A stretch of 63,305 nucleotides of DNA, filler included, from Diploschistes diacapsis (lineage: Eukaryota), in NCBI GenBank assembly GCA_023645945.1. It is 13 parts of 13 records of this genome, joined end to end, with 100 filler letters (N's around TTAATTAATTAA, not from the genome) between each part and the next. Parts side by side here need not be neighbours in the genome. Positions count along the whole stretch, not along the records: positions 60,290 to 63,305 come from JALAIB010002026.1; 12 more parts are not named here. The stretch is one strand, 5' to 3'. Positions 61,600 through 63,305 of this stretch are shown piece by piece. Position 1 is the first letter of the stretch. Every line of letters starts with the position of its first letter. Made by a program: the position numbers and the translations under genes. The notes beneath the pieces were generated by a model. It had not been told where the DNA came from. It saw nothing but the letters and a program-made list of their open reading frames with translations, and searched no databases.

Positions 61600-63305
61600 A
61601 ATAGCGGAAAAAAGGGTCTAATAAATGTTTAAACTTTCAAAAAGGGTCCCATCAGCGTTGAAAATCTGTAGATCTATTTGAACCTTTTTTAAAAAGCGTC
61701 TAATAAATGTTTAATCTTTTTAAAAAGGGTCTTATTAGCGTTTAAAATCCTCGTATCTTTTACAATCTTTTTTTAAAAGTGTCTACTCAATGTCTAAACT
61801 TTCGAAAAGGGTCTTATTAGCGTCAAAAATTTATAAATCTTTTCGAATCTTTTTAAAAAAGGGTCTAATAAATGTTTATACTTTCGAAAAGGGTCTTATT
61901 AGCGTTTAAAATCTGTAGATCTTTTCGAATCTTTTTAAATAAAGGGTTTAATTAATGTCTAAACTTTCGAAAAGGGTCTTATTAGTGTTAAAGAATCTGC
62001 AGATCTTTTCGAATCTTTTCAAAAAGGGTCTAATTAGTGTCTAATCTTTCGAAAAGGGTCTTACTAGCGTTAAAAAATGTGTAGAATAACCCTAATCTTT
62101 TCAAAAAGGGTCTAATTAGTGTCTAATCTTTCGAAAAGGGTCTTACTAGCGTTAAAAAATGTGTAGAACTTTCCTAATCTTTTTAAAAAAGGATCTAATT
62201 AGTATCTAACCTTTCGAAAAGGGTCTTACTAGCGTTAAAAAATCTATAGAACTTTCCTAATCCTTTTAAAAAAGAGTTTAATTAATGTTTAAACTTTCGA
62301 AAAAGGTCTTACTAACGTTAAAAAATTTATAAATCTTTTTGAATCTTTTTAAAAAAGAGTCTAATTAATGTCTAAACTTTAGAAAAGGGTTTTATTAACG
62401 TTAAAAATTTATAAATCTTTTCGAACCTTTTTAAAAAGAATTTAATTAATATCTAAATTATCGAAAAGAGTTTTATTAATATTAAAAATTTATAAATCTT
62501 TTCGAATCTTTTTAAAAAGGGTCTTATTAATGTCTAAATTTTCGAAAAGGGTTTAATTACTTTTTTAAACTTTTAAAAAGGGTCTTATTAGCGTTAAAAA
62601 TTTATAGATTTTTTTGAACCTTTTTAAAAAATTTCTAATAAGTATTTAAATATTCGAAACGGGTTTCATTGACGTTAAAACTTTATAGATTTCTTTAAAC
62701 CTTTTTAAAAACTGTTTAATTAATGTTTTAATTATTGAAAAGGGTTTAATTAATATTTAAAACTTTCGAAAAGGGTTTTCTTAGCGTTAAAAATCTATTA
62801 ATCCTTTTGATCCTTTTTGAAAAGGATTTAATTAATTTTAAAACTTTCGAAAAGGGTTTAATTAATGTTTAAACTTCCGAACAGTCTTTAATTAGTATTT
62901 AAAAGTTTCGAAAAGGGTCTAATTAATACTTAAAACTTTCGAAAAGGGTCTTACTAGCGTTAAAAATCTATATATTCTTGTGATTCTTTTTAAAAAGGGT
63001 TTAATTAGTTTTAAACCTTTCGAAAAGGGTTTTATTAATGTTAAAAATCTATAGATCTTTTTAAACTTTGTTAAAAAGAGTTTAATTAATATTTAAAACA
63101 TTCGAAAAGGATCTATTTAATATTTAATCTTTTAAAAAGAATCTATTTAATATTTCAAATTCTTAAGAAAGGTTTAATTAATATTAAATCTTTAAAAAGG
63201 GTTTAATTCATAATTAAGAGTTTAAAAAAGGATTAAATTAATATTTAACCTTTTATAAAGTATTTAAGGTTAATATTTAAAACTTTTAAGAAGGATCTAA
63301 TTAAT
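61600..63305. repeat. AT-rich tandem array, ~82-bp period built from AAAAGGGTCT-containing subunits, about 20 copies, running off the contig end
   Basis: AAAGGGTCTTA(T/C)TAG(C/T)GT recurs at ~61806, 61888, 61972, 62053, 62135, 62218; copies become more degenerate and AT-rich to the right. Confidence 0.92.

Noticed and set aside
61600..63305. CRISPR array or telomere tract
   Set aside because: Eukaryotic context; units are degenerate with no unique spacers; only one isolated TAACCCTAA near 62087.

Overview
This is not contiguous DNA. It is 13 contigs of a filamentous ascomycete (Pezizomycotina) draft assembly, joined by twelve 100-nt artificial spacers (N44-TTAATTAATTAA-N44). Twelve contigs are about 3.0 kb, in decreasing size order, and one is 25.7 kb (15710-41426), so adjacency across spacers is meaningless. 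The GC-balanced contigs carry intron-containing genes: a SWIRM/Myb-like protein, Las17/WASP (partial), a SepA-type formin (partial), a CBM1-GH5 mannanase, a HAD hydrolase, Trs120, a large sacsin-like GHKL ATPase with a C-terminal HExxH motif, EB1/Bim1, Ssl1 (partial), a Chs7-family chaperone and several small spliced ORFs missed by the ORF track. A decayed O-methyltransferase + UbiA prenyltransferase relic is also present. The AT-rich contigs are RIP-mutated repeats: copia and gypsy remnants, pogo/Fot1-type TIRs, a complete TRIM, a RIPed nuclease-like gene, and a RIPed Zn-finger/AT-hook gene beside an ~82-bp tandem array; a MITE sits upstream of EB1. The most interesting leads are (i) a small precursor combining signal peptide, Kex2 sites and a terminal CaaX box with an internal a-factor-sized ORF (51928-52194), (ii) two apparently non-coding, highly base-paired regions (59233-59744 and 35015-35400), (iii) the GHKL-ATPase/Wss1-like protease fusion, and (iv) the AT-hook gene plus satellite unit. 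All calls come from reading the sequence by eye; no searches or folding programs were run.
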